A stretch of DNA of 64,000 nucleotides, taken from contig NC_092679.1 in the NCBI RefSeq assembly GCF_964355755.1, positions 23,915,432 through 23,979,431 of the forward strand, in the 5' to 3' direction. Of the stretch, positions 53,218 to 64,000 are shown one piece after another. This DNA is from Antedon mediterranea. Lineage: Eukaryota > Animalia > Echinodermata. Every line of letters starts with the position of its first letter. Positions within the stretch are counted from its first letter, which is position 1. The translations under genes were made by a program, and so were the position numbers. The notes under the pieces were generated by a model. It was not told where the DNA came from and did not search any database. It was given only the letters and a program-made list of their open reading frames with translations.

Positions 53218-54540
53218 TTAATCTTCAGACATGTAACATTCATCAGCTTGGTGTCTTTTATCGTCTCGTTTAATGAACATGGTAAAAAACACAGCGACTG
53301 CACACACACTAAATGTCATAATGTTAGCGACGTCGACCCCGTGAAGCTTATCAAGGGCGTCATATACATACACTGAGACGAAACCAGTTATTTCAACACA
53401 TAAAAGTATTAGCGACGCAGACAATGACTCCGACTCGGGATATGTCTGCTCTGCTGCAGTTTCAGCGCCAATTGTAAGAAAAGCGCGCGAAAAGTTGAAA
53501 TACAAACCAAAACTTATACAAGCCAACCAGATTTGTTCAAATTTTATAAATAACACAAAACATCCCAATGTCAGAAATATTAACAGGACAGTTACGCGTG
53601 TGGTCAATAAAAACTTTTTAGTTCTGTCTAGCACCCAACCAGCGAATACTGAACCGAAAACAACTGGAATCATTGTAGCCAAAACAACAGTACCAGTTAT
53701 GTAATCATTTTCAGGACAAATAGATAACATTAAATAATCTATTTTTATCATAATAAGTGCAGATAACCCTATGCCAATTCCACATGCAGAAGCGAGTAAA
53801 ACGAAGTTTGAATTCATCAGTATAGCTTTCAAAGATTTCCAAAAAGAGTCTTGTTTTCCACGAGTTGAGTTCTTTTTCTGATAACTGGGGGGTGATGGTG
53901 GTTTTGCTTCAAAAAAGAAACAAATGACTACAAAAATTATAGACATAAAGATGGCAGTTCCCAGAAAGTAATATTTCAGCTTTATTTCAGTTAGGTATTG
54001 TATATTTAGTAACTGATTCGGTAAGACGAAAGCTACTGCTATTCCAAAGTTGAATGCGGTGTATCCAAGGCCACTGGCTAAAGAAACTTCATTAGATCCA
54101 AACCAAGTACCGGCAAAAAGCGAAGAAATTCCAAAACAACATGTCTGTGCAATTCCACAAAACGTCTGACCCAGCATGCTTACGTAAACTGAATGATAAA
54201 CAATTCCAATATAACGAATCCATGATCCGACTAGATGAAAACCACCGCCTAGCACAGATATTGTTCTAATATCTCTTTTCTCTACTATATATAGAGCAGG
54301 AAATATAAAGAGTACATACGTAATGAAATAAATTGCACCGAACGTGTCAATTATGGCTGAAGGAGCGTCAAAGTACTTTTCAACTTCACTTGATATTGCT
54401 GCATACTGCACCCACATCATTCCATTGGACAATTGCAGGCACATAAATATCACTAACATTGCCCATCGTCTGGTATACAGTTTACACGGTGAGTCAATTA
54501 AAAACAGTTTTTCCCTTTCAATGTCATCCATAATGTTCAA
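53218..54540 (-). CDS. FLVCR-like (SLC49) MFS transporter, single coding exon, copy 2
   Basis: 440-aa intact ORF, colinear and highly similar to 41033-42346. Confidence 0.88.
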   Translation of the reverse strand: MNIMDDIEREKLFLIDSPCKLYTRRWAMLVIFMCLQLSNGMMWVQYAAISSEVEKYFDAPSAIIDTFGAIYFITYVLFIFPALYIVEKRDIRTISVLGGGFHLVGSWIRYIGIVYHSVYVSMLGQTFCGIAQTCCFGISSLFAGTWFGSNEVSLASGLGYTAFNFGIAVAFVLPNQLLNIQYLTEIKLKYYFLGTAIFMSIIFVVICFFFEAKPPSPPSYQKKNSTRGKQDSFWKSLKAILMNSNFVLLASACGIGIGLSALIMIKIDYLMLSICPENDYITGTVVLATMIPVVFGSVFAGWVLDRTKKFLLTTRVTVLLIFLTLGCFVLFIKFEQIWLACISFGLYFNFSRAFLTIGAETAAEQTYPESESLSASLILLCVEITGFVSVYVYDALDKLHGVDVANIMTFSVCAVAVFFTMFIKRDDKRHQADECYMSED

Positions 54541-55190
54541 CTGTTAGTAGGCCTATATATATTTGATAGTGTAGTTTCAGTAGGCCCACTGGATCCACCC
54601 GATTAAGTAACAATAACCGCCCACATAATGGACTGTTCCCCATTACCATAATGGACTGGAAAATACATTGTTTGAATAATTGGTAGAATAGTGACGAATT
54701 GTTGACCAAGGTTGAATTGTGTAACTTAATTCTTTTGAAATTCTACTTGTAAATATCTTTGTTAACTACTTTTAGGAAGTCATTTTTGGGTAGCCCTAAA
54801 CGTTTTATTCTTACCTTATTTGAAAGTATATGTTTTTATAAAAGTGCTTGTAGAAATGATTTATATTTACAATTTTTCATTGAAAGTATTCCTACGCGTA
54901 TACATATTTTGTTTTAATTAAAATAATTTTAAGCGTAGGCGCGGCCCATGAGTGTTCACTTTATATTACGTTTCATCTACTTTTTAACGCCATTGTCATA
55001 CATTTTCTAGGCCCATTGCTCTCACTTAAGGCCAATTTACACGGAAATAAACATATATAATCTTATGTTATTCCTTCTGACCTTTCACACAATTAACGCG
55101 GAGCGCGCACGGATGGAGACTCTACAGTAGGTGGGACAAGCTACGCGGATTTCCGTTTGTCGCAACACGGTATACGATACAAAGGGCTTA

Positions 55191-58100
55191 ATGGCAACAT
55201 CTGAATCTAATCCCGAGTTCACCAACTTAAAGTCTGATCTCAGTAGATGTTTTGACGGTGAAAGGTTGGTTTGATTAAAGTTTATCCTATTCGAACACTT
55301 AAACATAGGGGACCTCGCACAACCAAATTATATTGGAAATGATTTTTTCAATAAACTACATGACACTGGTAAAATCAAACATGATATAGTGTTAACATTT
55401 TACTAGAGATCACCAAATTATGTGAATTAAAGGAAGCTGAAGATCTTGTACTCCAGTACATTACAGATAATAATGTTGATAATGCTGATGGAGAAAAGCT
55501 ATCAACGCATCGAAAACGGCTGTTCAAAGATTTGCAAAATGTTGGTCCAGACGCGTTGAAGAGGGTTATTGCTCACTATGATTTGGCAAGATATAGCTAC
55601 ACCAACATTTGGGATGTTGTGTTCAGATTGGAGACTAGCAAACGTTTATCAGATGAACCAGACAGGAAAGTATTTGACAATCTTCTTCAAGAAATTGTAC
55701 ATCATGGAAATCAACAACACAACAGCAGAAAAAGAAAAATACAAGAAGGTATATAAAAACCACTTTTTATTAAAATCGCACTTTTCTCATTTTATTAGTA
55801 AATTAACATATTACCCTAAATTGCCAGTTTTATCGTATGTGTTTAATCATAACACCTTCACAAAATGTTAATGGTTTATTTCTAGGAAGTAACGATAATG
55901 AAGATGATCCTTGTGAAGTATTGAGTTCCAAAAGCCGACCTGAAGGTATAGAGCAAAACAAAGATTAAAAAATATAATAATTATCAATTCACTAAATCAA
56001 TATAAACTGTAATTAGTCATTTTAGGTACTGACGCAAAATTATATAGTAGAACGTTTCCACTTTGCTGTGTCTGACTGTGTCTGTCTGTTATTATATAGT
56101 AGAACGTTTCCACTTTGCTGTGTCTGATTGTGTCTGTCTGTTATTATATAGTAGAACGTTTCCACTTTGCTGTGTCTGACTGTGTCTGTCTGTTATTATA
56201 TAGTAGAACGTTTCCACTTTGCTGTGTCTGACTGTGTCTGTCTGTTATTATATAGTAGAACGTTTCCACTTTGCTGTGTCTGACTGTGTCTGTCTGTTAT
56301 TATATAGTAGAACGTTTCCACTTTGCTGTGTCTGACTGTGTCTGTCTGTTATTATATAGTAGAACGTTTCCACTTTGCTGTGTCTGACTGTGTCTGTCTG
56401 TTGTTATATAGTAGAACGTTTCCACTTTGCTGTGTCTGACTGTGTCTGTCTGTTATTATATAGTAGAACGTTTCCACTTTGCTGTGTCTGACTGTTTCTG
56501 TCTGTTATTATATAGTAGAACGTTTCCACTTTGCTGTGTCTGACTGTGTCTGTCTGTTATTATATAGTAGAACGTTTCCACTTTGCTGTGTCTGATTGTG
56601 TCTGTCTGTTATTATATAGTAGAACGTTTCCACTTTGCTGTGTCTGACTGTGTCTGTCTGTTATTATATAGTAGAACGTTTCCACTTTGCTGTGTCTGAC
56701 TGTGTCTGTCTGTTATTATATAGTAGAACGTTTCCACTTTGCTGTGTCTGAGTGTGTCTGTCTGTTATTATATAGTAGAACGTTTCCACTTTGCTGTGTC
56801 TGACTGTGTCTGTCTGTTATTATATAGTAGAACGTTTCCACTTTGCTGTGTCTGACTGTGTCTGTCTGTTATTATATAGTAAAACGTTTCCACTTTGCTG
56901 TGTCTGACTGTGTCTGTCTGTTATTATATAGTAGAACGTTTCCACTTTGCTGTGTCTGATTGTGTCTGTCTGTTATTATATAGTAGAACGTTTCCACTTT
57001 GCTGTGTCTGACTGTGTCTGTCTGTTATTATATAGTAGAACGTTTCCACTTTGCTGTGTCTGACTGTGTCTGTCTGTTATTATATAGTAGAACGTTTCCA
57101 CTTTGCTGTGTCTGACTGTGTCTGTCTGTTATTATATAGTAGAACGTTTCCACTTTGCTGTGTCTGACTGTGTCTGTCTGTTATTATATAGTAGAACGTT
57201 TCCACTTTGCTGTGTCTGACTGTGTCTGTCTGTTATTATATAGTAGAACGTTTCCACTTTGCTGTGTCTGACTGTGTCTGTCTGTTATTATATAGTAGAA
57301 CGTTTCTACTTTGCTGTGTCTGATTGTGTCTGTCTGTTATTATATAGTAGAACGTTTCCACTTTGCTGTGTCTGACTGTGTCTGTCTGTTATTATATAGT
57401 AGAACGTTTCCACTTTGCTGTGTCTGATTGTGTCTGTCTGTTATTATATAGTAGAACGTTTCCACTTTGCTGTGTCTGACTGTGTCTGTCTGGTATTATA
57501 TAGTAGAACGTTTCCACTTTGCTGTGTCTGACTGTGTCTGTCTGTTATTATATAGTAGAACGTTTCCACTTTGCTGTGTCTGACTGTGTCTGTCTGTTAT
57601 TATATAGTAGAACGTTTCCACTTTGCTGTGTCTGACTGTGTCTGTCTGTTATTATATAGTAGAACGTTTCCACTTTGCTGTGTCTGACTGTGTCTGTCTG
57701 TTATTATATAGTAGAACGTTTCCACTTTGCTGTGTCTGACTGTTTCTGTCTGTTATTATATAGTAGAACGTTTCCACTTTGCTGTGTCTGTCTGTTATTA
57801 TATAGTAGAACGTTTCCACTTTGCTGTGTCTGACTGTGTCTGTCTGTTATTATATAGTAGAAAGTTTCCACTTTGCTGTGTCTGACTGTGTCTGTCTGTT
57901 TATCATAAGTTTAACTTTAACTATATGTCACTATTGACGGAATATTTGTTTTCTAAAGCAGATTAGATAAATAAATGTGTTGTTACCGTTTCATAGTTAA
58001 TAACATACGTAACTATCAAAAACGGTTTATCTACAGTAGTTTTAATAAAAGAGTTAGTTACATCCGAGATGTAGGGTTGTCCTAAAGAGGGTAATTGTCC

Positions 58101-61100
58101 AAAGCTTTCCTATATAATGTAGTTGTCTAACAATTGTGTGTGTATTTTTTTATTTTGTTTTTATCGTTTTTCCCTCTAATAGAAAAGGTTGAAGTCTATC
58201 TACTTGATAAACAACAGACGGTCCTGCAATATGCCAAGTGTTTTACACCAGCAATATTGAATCCGAGATACCAAGTTGACATTTCTGAACTGTTCACAGA
58301 TTTGGAGCTTCTCAAACATAGTAAACGAACGAGTATAAGTCAGCCAACAACAATAAAAGATGTTTTATCTTTTATCAAATCCAAACCTGCATGTAGAGTC
58401 CTTGTAGATGGTGAAGGTGGTATAGGTAAAACGACACTATTAAGGTACATATCATACAATGCAGCTACAGATGAATCAGTTGATGTATTTAAAGGTAAAA
58501 TTGTTTTCTTGTTGAATGTACGAGATTTAGAAGAAGGGAAGGGAATCCTTAATCTTATTGTAAAACAACTCGACATGGAAGAATTTGATTTGAAAACAGA
58601 GCTTGGGGATGATTCCAAAATAATCAAAAAATTCATATTAAACCATGATGACAAAATTGTGTTGTTGTTGGATGGACTAGATGAATTAAGATTTAAAAGT
58701 AACACTTTGATTGAGCTTTTCAGAAAAGAAAAGTTAAAGAATAGCACTGTGATACTCACATCGCGTTCAGAAAACATAAATGAATTCATAAATTCATGTG
58801 ATGTGTATGTAAGAGTTAAAGGTTTTGGCAACGACAGCATTGAAAATTATATTTCTAAACATTTTGAACATTTTGAAACACCCGCCTTGGGAGAATCACT
58901 TAAACAAGAACTTTTGCATCAAAATTATCACAAAGAAATACATTCAATGTGCAAAAACCCAATGTTACTTCTTTCGATTTGTTTTATGTGGGAAGACAAA
59001 CAAAATCTTCCGGAGGATGAATCCGATCTTTTTAAAGAACTTTTTCGAAGTATTTTAAATCAGTTCATTGCAAAACAGCCGCAACAACAGAACAATCTTC
59101 TTTCTAAATTTGATGCCGCTCCAGTGGAATATGTGAATCCAATGATTTGTTTAGGAGAATGCATGTATCATAGTTTAAAAATTAATCAACTTTCAATAAA
59201 CAAACAAAAAATGATAGGTGACAAAAACATGGTTGATATGGCATTGAAACTCGGGTTTGTTTATGAAGATGCACTGGTTTAAAAAACCAGCTTTGAAAAG
59301 ATGTACATGGCTCCACATAAGTTGATAGTAGAGTCATTGGTAGGATTTTATTTGTGCAAACTATGTGAAAGTGAAGGTATAACGGATAAATGTAGACTAA
59401 ATGTCAACGAATTACTTACACCGTTAAATGACAAAGACTGGAAGGAAATTCGAGAAAGTGCCCATTTCGAAATGGTAAGAGAGTTTGCATTTGGGTTCCT
59501 TGGGGCTAATGCTGGTAAATTCCTAAAGCATTGGATAACAAATGATTTATCAACATATCGATCTATGAGTAGTTACTGAGGATTTGTTAAACAACACCAT
59601 ATTGATACTGTTGAACATGACTTGATTAATCATATGTCCAATACAACTTTATAAATAAAACAACATTTGAATGATATATCTAATTCATTAAGAATGTTTA
59701 TTCAGCATGTTAGACGAGATGACAACATTAAAGGACATTTTATAGTTCTTTTAAGGCAACTTCATAACATATCTTACTCTAGTGAATGTTTGCGCAGTTT
59801 TTATAATACAATATCACCCGGTAGTAAAGGAAAGGTTATTGCACACATGTTATGTATTTCAACTTGGTATGATCCCGACAAGTTTGAATGGAGTGACGAG
59901 ATAAATGGTCTAGATATGTATGATTGCAATCTATCAGGTGGCGCAATGAACGATATGACTAAAGAATGTTCTAATAGAGGAGTTACTTTGGTACTTGACA
60001 TGAATATCAGTGATAATAATTTTAGTGGTATTGATGGTTATTCACTGGGTTCTTTTTTGTTATTGATTGACAATGAAGATAGACATGCAGACATTGATAT
60101 GCATAATTGTAATCTATCAGGGATAGTAATGAATTGTATGATTACAGAACTTTCAGATAAAGGATGTAGCTACTTGTCATTAGGTAGTCTTGATATCAGT
60201 TGTAATAACCTCAGTGACATTGATGGTACTTTATTGGGTTATTTGTTTTCTATGATTCAACAAACGTATTGTGGAAAGGAGTTTAAACTTGACATGTATA
60301 ATTGTAATCTATCAGGTTGTGTCATGAATGCTGTGATCAAAGAACTTTCTAATAAAGGTCTTGTCTTGGCATTCTGTGGCATTAATTTTAGTGATAATAA
60401 TTTTAGTGACATTGATGGTACTTTACTGGGTTCTTTATTGTGGCTTTTTACAAATAATTCGGATGGTGAATGGTTTCTTTCATTGAACATGCATCGCTGT
60501 AAACTATCAGGTGACATAATGAATGCTATGATAAGAGAGTGTTCTGAGATAGGGATATTAACTGCCCTCAATATCAGTGGTAATTTTCTAAGTGACATTG
60601 ATGGTACTTTACTGGGTTATTTTATGTTGAACATTATTATGGCATCACATGAATGGTGGCGTTCAATTGACATGCATGATTGTAATTTGTCTGGGTGTGT
60701 GATAAATGCTATGATGGTAGAGTTTTATGATAGAGGAGTCAACTTAAGATCCGATTTGTGGCACCTAGAGAACCTCGATATCAGTTCTAATTATCTCAGT
60801 GATATCGATGGTACTTTACTAGCTTCTTTCTTAAGCTTATTGGATCTGCATAATCTTGACATGCACAGTTGCAATCTATCAGGTGGTATAATAAATGCTT
60901 TGATTACAGAGTGTTTAAATAGACAGGTAAAGTTGGAATTACATTACCTCGACATCAGTGGTAGTAATCTCAGTGATATTAATGGTACTTTACTTGGTTC
61001 TTTATTAATTATGTTTCCTATGATGCATTCACTTGACATGCATAAATGCAATTTATCAGGTGGTGTTATAAATGCTATGACCACAGAATGTTTGGATAGT

Positions 61101-61743
61101 GAAGTAAAGTTGGACATACGTAGCCTCAATATCAGTGGCAATAACCTCAGTGAAATTGATGGGACTCTACTTGGTTCTTTGTTGAGTATGTTCCCTACAC
61201 TTGACATGCGTGATTGCAATCTATCAGGTGGTATAATAAATGCAATGATCAGAAAGTGTTCTAATATAGATGTTGGGTTGGGATTATGTAACCTCCATAT
61301 CAGTGGAAATAATCTCAGTGAGATTGATGGTACTTCACTGGGTTCTATAATCAGTTTATGTGATCATCTGATTAAACTTGACATGCATGATTGTAATTTA
61401 TCAGGTGGTGTTATAAATGCTATGACCACAGAGTGTTTGAATAGTGAAGTAAAGTTGGGAATACGTAACCTCAATATCAGTGGCAATAACCTCAGTGACA
61501 TTGATGGTACATTACTGGGTTCTTTATTAAGCTTATGCGTTCAGCTGCGTGAACTTGACGTGCACAGTTGCAATCTATCAGATGGTATAATGAATGCTAT
61601 GATCACAGAGTGTTCGAATAAAGAAGTAGGCCTACATTTGGTTATAACGTAACCTCAATATCAGTGGCAATGGCTTCACTGACATTGAAATGACGGTGAA
61701 ATCTTCACTTTTAAGTAAGAGTGCCAGTTTACAAATTATGTAA
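55191..61743 (+). pseudogene. Disabled tandem-DED-NACHT-LRR NOD-like receptor
   Basis: Exons 55191-55748 (two DED-like repeats), 55886-55945 and 58183-61743 (GEGGIGKT, LLLDGLDE, LTSR, about 10 double LRR units). Stops at 55272 (TGA), 59280 (TAA), 59577 (TGA) and 59652 (TAA). Frameshifts near 55388 and 61647. Confidence 0.85.
56040..57900. repeat. 52-bp minisatellite, about 36 near-identical copies, intronic
   Basis: Unit tatatagtagaacgtttccactttgctgtgtctgactgtgtctgtctgttat. The register recurs at 56041, 56821 and 57601. One unit near 57790 lacks 10 bp. Confidence 0.97.
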
Positions 61744-62599
61744 TCTGATACTCTTAACATACATAATTGTAGTAGTGTACTGTATATTAACCTTGTTACT
61801 GTTCACATCCCTGACATCTTCCCCGCCCTCAACATCCTGTGCATCTGATCTTTAAATAAGACAAAATACAACATTCTCCATCAACCATTTATGTTGCAGT
61901 ATAAGTAAGTCTATGATATTCACATTGATTAGAAGTAACATTGCTGTGTTTTTTTATTGTATATTTTTAATCTGAAATCTTCTATTTGTTTATACTGTAA
62001 TTAGATAAGATTGTAATTAGTGTTTTTTCATAATAATTAAATTTATGTATTTTAATATCGTATGAAGGAATTACTGACCCATAAATCGTAGTGGCCTAGG
62101 TCGCTTTTGTTTTTCCTGACGTTTTTATTGTTGTTTTTTGTCAAATAAATAAATGAAATGAAATAAATTGGTATTTATTAATTAGTATACAAAGATAGTT
62201 ACAACTATTCATTTTTTAACATTTTTTCTTTACTGTCTAACATTTACAAAACAAAATCGATGCATTGACATTTATTTAGTTTATGTACGTTTTTAAAAAG
62301 ACAATTTTGCGATGAACTTTTCATTTAAAGTAAATTATACGCCACGTGCAGCCGCAAATCAAAATTAATATAAACAAAATATAATAGTATAAGCAGGTAT
62401 TTTAATTACCTTCACATATGTATTTATTCTATCTTTATACGAAATGACACTTTCAGTTCTAAAGCATTGATTTCCAAAGTGGTTCAGTAGAGAAACATTA
62501 ACAATATAATAAAAATAATTCAAAGACAACTAACAATGTAATTTACATTAGTACACACACATTTACAAAAAGGTAAACTATCTACACTATACAGTATAT

Positions 62600-62729
62600 A
62601 AACAAGGCCAACATCCATAAGTTGCGTGCTAAAATGCATAGTGATACCGGACCGACAGACAGACCGACAGACCGACCGACCGACCGACCGACATAGTGAA
62701 CTATAGAGTCGCGTCCACGTGACTAAAAA
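62600..62729 (-). mobile_element. Short DINE-like element with (GGTC/TGTC)n
   Basis: Minus strand reads tttttagtcacgtggacgcgactctatagttcactatgtcggtcgg...ttagcacgcaact...ggccttgtt. Confidence 0.6.
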
Positions 62730-63013
62730 CATGGCAGGAATTCAAGGTAAAAGATACTTAATCAGTAATATTTTGGATTGATTTTTTAAAAGCTGAATAA
62801 ATACCAATAATTTGGTTGATCAATAGCCAAAAGTTCGTTTACCTTGTGTAATTTTCCATGATGGTTCAAAAAGTGTATTATTACTCTGACTACCACATGA
62901 TGAAGAGAATAAGAATGATATTTTAAGGTTTAATTTTCAAGTAAAACGAAAACTGCTGTAGAACGATTTAAAGAAATGTTTGTATAAAGTAACTTGACTC
63001 CTCGGCTACGTCA

Positions 63014-63425
63014 TTTATTTATTTATTTTTATTTATTTATTTAACAGCATATTTATACAAGATAATACACAATCAAGTAGAAATAAACTTGCTTTGCATT
63101 GTAGTCCTTTCGACAAAAACGGATACAAATTTAAATCTTATACAATTACAATTAATAATAATAGCAACAAAAAATATAAACTGGAAGTTAAATGTTATGA
63201 AAAGAATGAGATCTGTATCTAGCTTTAAAGGACATAATCGTGGGTGAGTGTTTTATATCTGCTGGCAAGTCATTCCATTTTTTCGCCTGCAACTTTAAAA
63301 GACGAATCCATTTTGCTACGGGTATAATGAGGTATAACAACATTTAAGTTGTCTACTCCACGCGTTGAATTGGTGTGTACATTCCCAATTAGTTCAATTT
63401 CATTTGTCAATCTGGTTGGCGCAAA
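63014..63425 (-). mobile_element. 3' end of a CR1/L2-group LINE
   Basis: Minus-strand translation HTNSTRG...IPHYTRSKMDSSFKVAG../KWNDLPADIK...FK (one frameshift), followed by an (AAAT)n tail. Confidence 0.65.
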
Positions 63426-64000
63426 ATGTGTTCACTTAAGGAAATAAATAACATCAGAAAGGGCTTTAGTTTGGCTTTCACCCCTGAAGAGAATGTCCAG
63501 AAGCGATAAAAATGAAAAGCTATCTATTCACTATCACATGGTATGGAACCAATCATTAAATGTTGAAATAAAAAAAAAAAACATTTTGTTGACGCAGCAT
63601 TTGCAAATTGCCCTTAACAAATACAGTAAATAGATGGCCTAATTTTCAAGTAAAACGAAAACTGCTGTAAAACGATTTATAGAAATGCTATATACAAACG
63701 GAGTTTTGTAGAAAGACTTTTGGACTAAGTCATAAAAACATGTGTTCACTTAAGGAAATCGAAAATTACATCAGGAGGTTTATTTTAGCTTTACTCCTGA
63801 GGAGAATGTCCAGAAGCGATAAAAATGAAAACAAGGCTGCGCCTAAACCAATGGTAAACCAGGGAAGTGTGCAATTAGAAATGTTGAAGTGTACGTACTT
63901 AAGTGTTAAGGAATCGATCGAACAGAAACTTTTGCTTCAGAAAATTGAGGGCGCAAATCTCAGTGAATTTGTACACATGCGCACTACTGTATTTGATCTG

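Noticed and set aside
55027-55190. MITE ending exactly at the NLR2 start codon as the cause of inactivation
   Set aside because: The left end matches the 11708 family, but the right TIR is too degenerate to place the boundary.
56040-57900. CRISPR-like regular array
   Set aside because: Units are contiguous with no unique spacers, the context is a eukaryotic intron, and there are no cas genes.
59280-59654. Stop-codon readthrough or selenocysteine rescue of NLR2
   Set aside because: The stops include TAA as well as TGA and there are two frameshifts. Ordinary pseudogenisation explains them.
48758-61219. Antisense ORFs over NLR and transporter coding regions
   Set aside because: Shadow frames of real coding sequence with no independent features.

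Overview
AT-rich, intron-containing animal DNA, most likely an invertebrate and plausibly an echinoderm or other deuterostome (inferred, species not identifiable). From left to right: a 7-exon FKBP3/FKBP25 gene (-) with a 5'-truncated CR1/L2-type LINE in intron 5, head-to-head with a 10-exon AIDA gene (+); an 8.8-kb stack of nested non-autonomous Helentron/DINE-1-like elements from two families; a 10-exon S28 serine peptidase (PRSS16-like); a second nested Helentron dimer; and two tandem copies of a divergent cassette, [intronless FLVCR-like MFS transporter (-) / NACHT-LRR receptor (+)]. The first NLR models as an intact TIR-NACHT-LRR. The second is a disabled tandem-DED-NACHT-LRR, so the effector domain differs between close paralogs. 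Also present are canonical Helitrons, MITEs, tRNA-derived SINEs, a Tx1/L1 fragment with a 17-bp TSD, 45- and 52-bp minisatellites, and a strong excess of the palindrome TAGGCCTA. Gene models were read by eye from GT-AG sites and frame continuity, without database searches.
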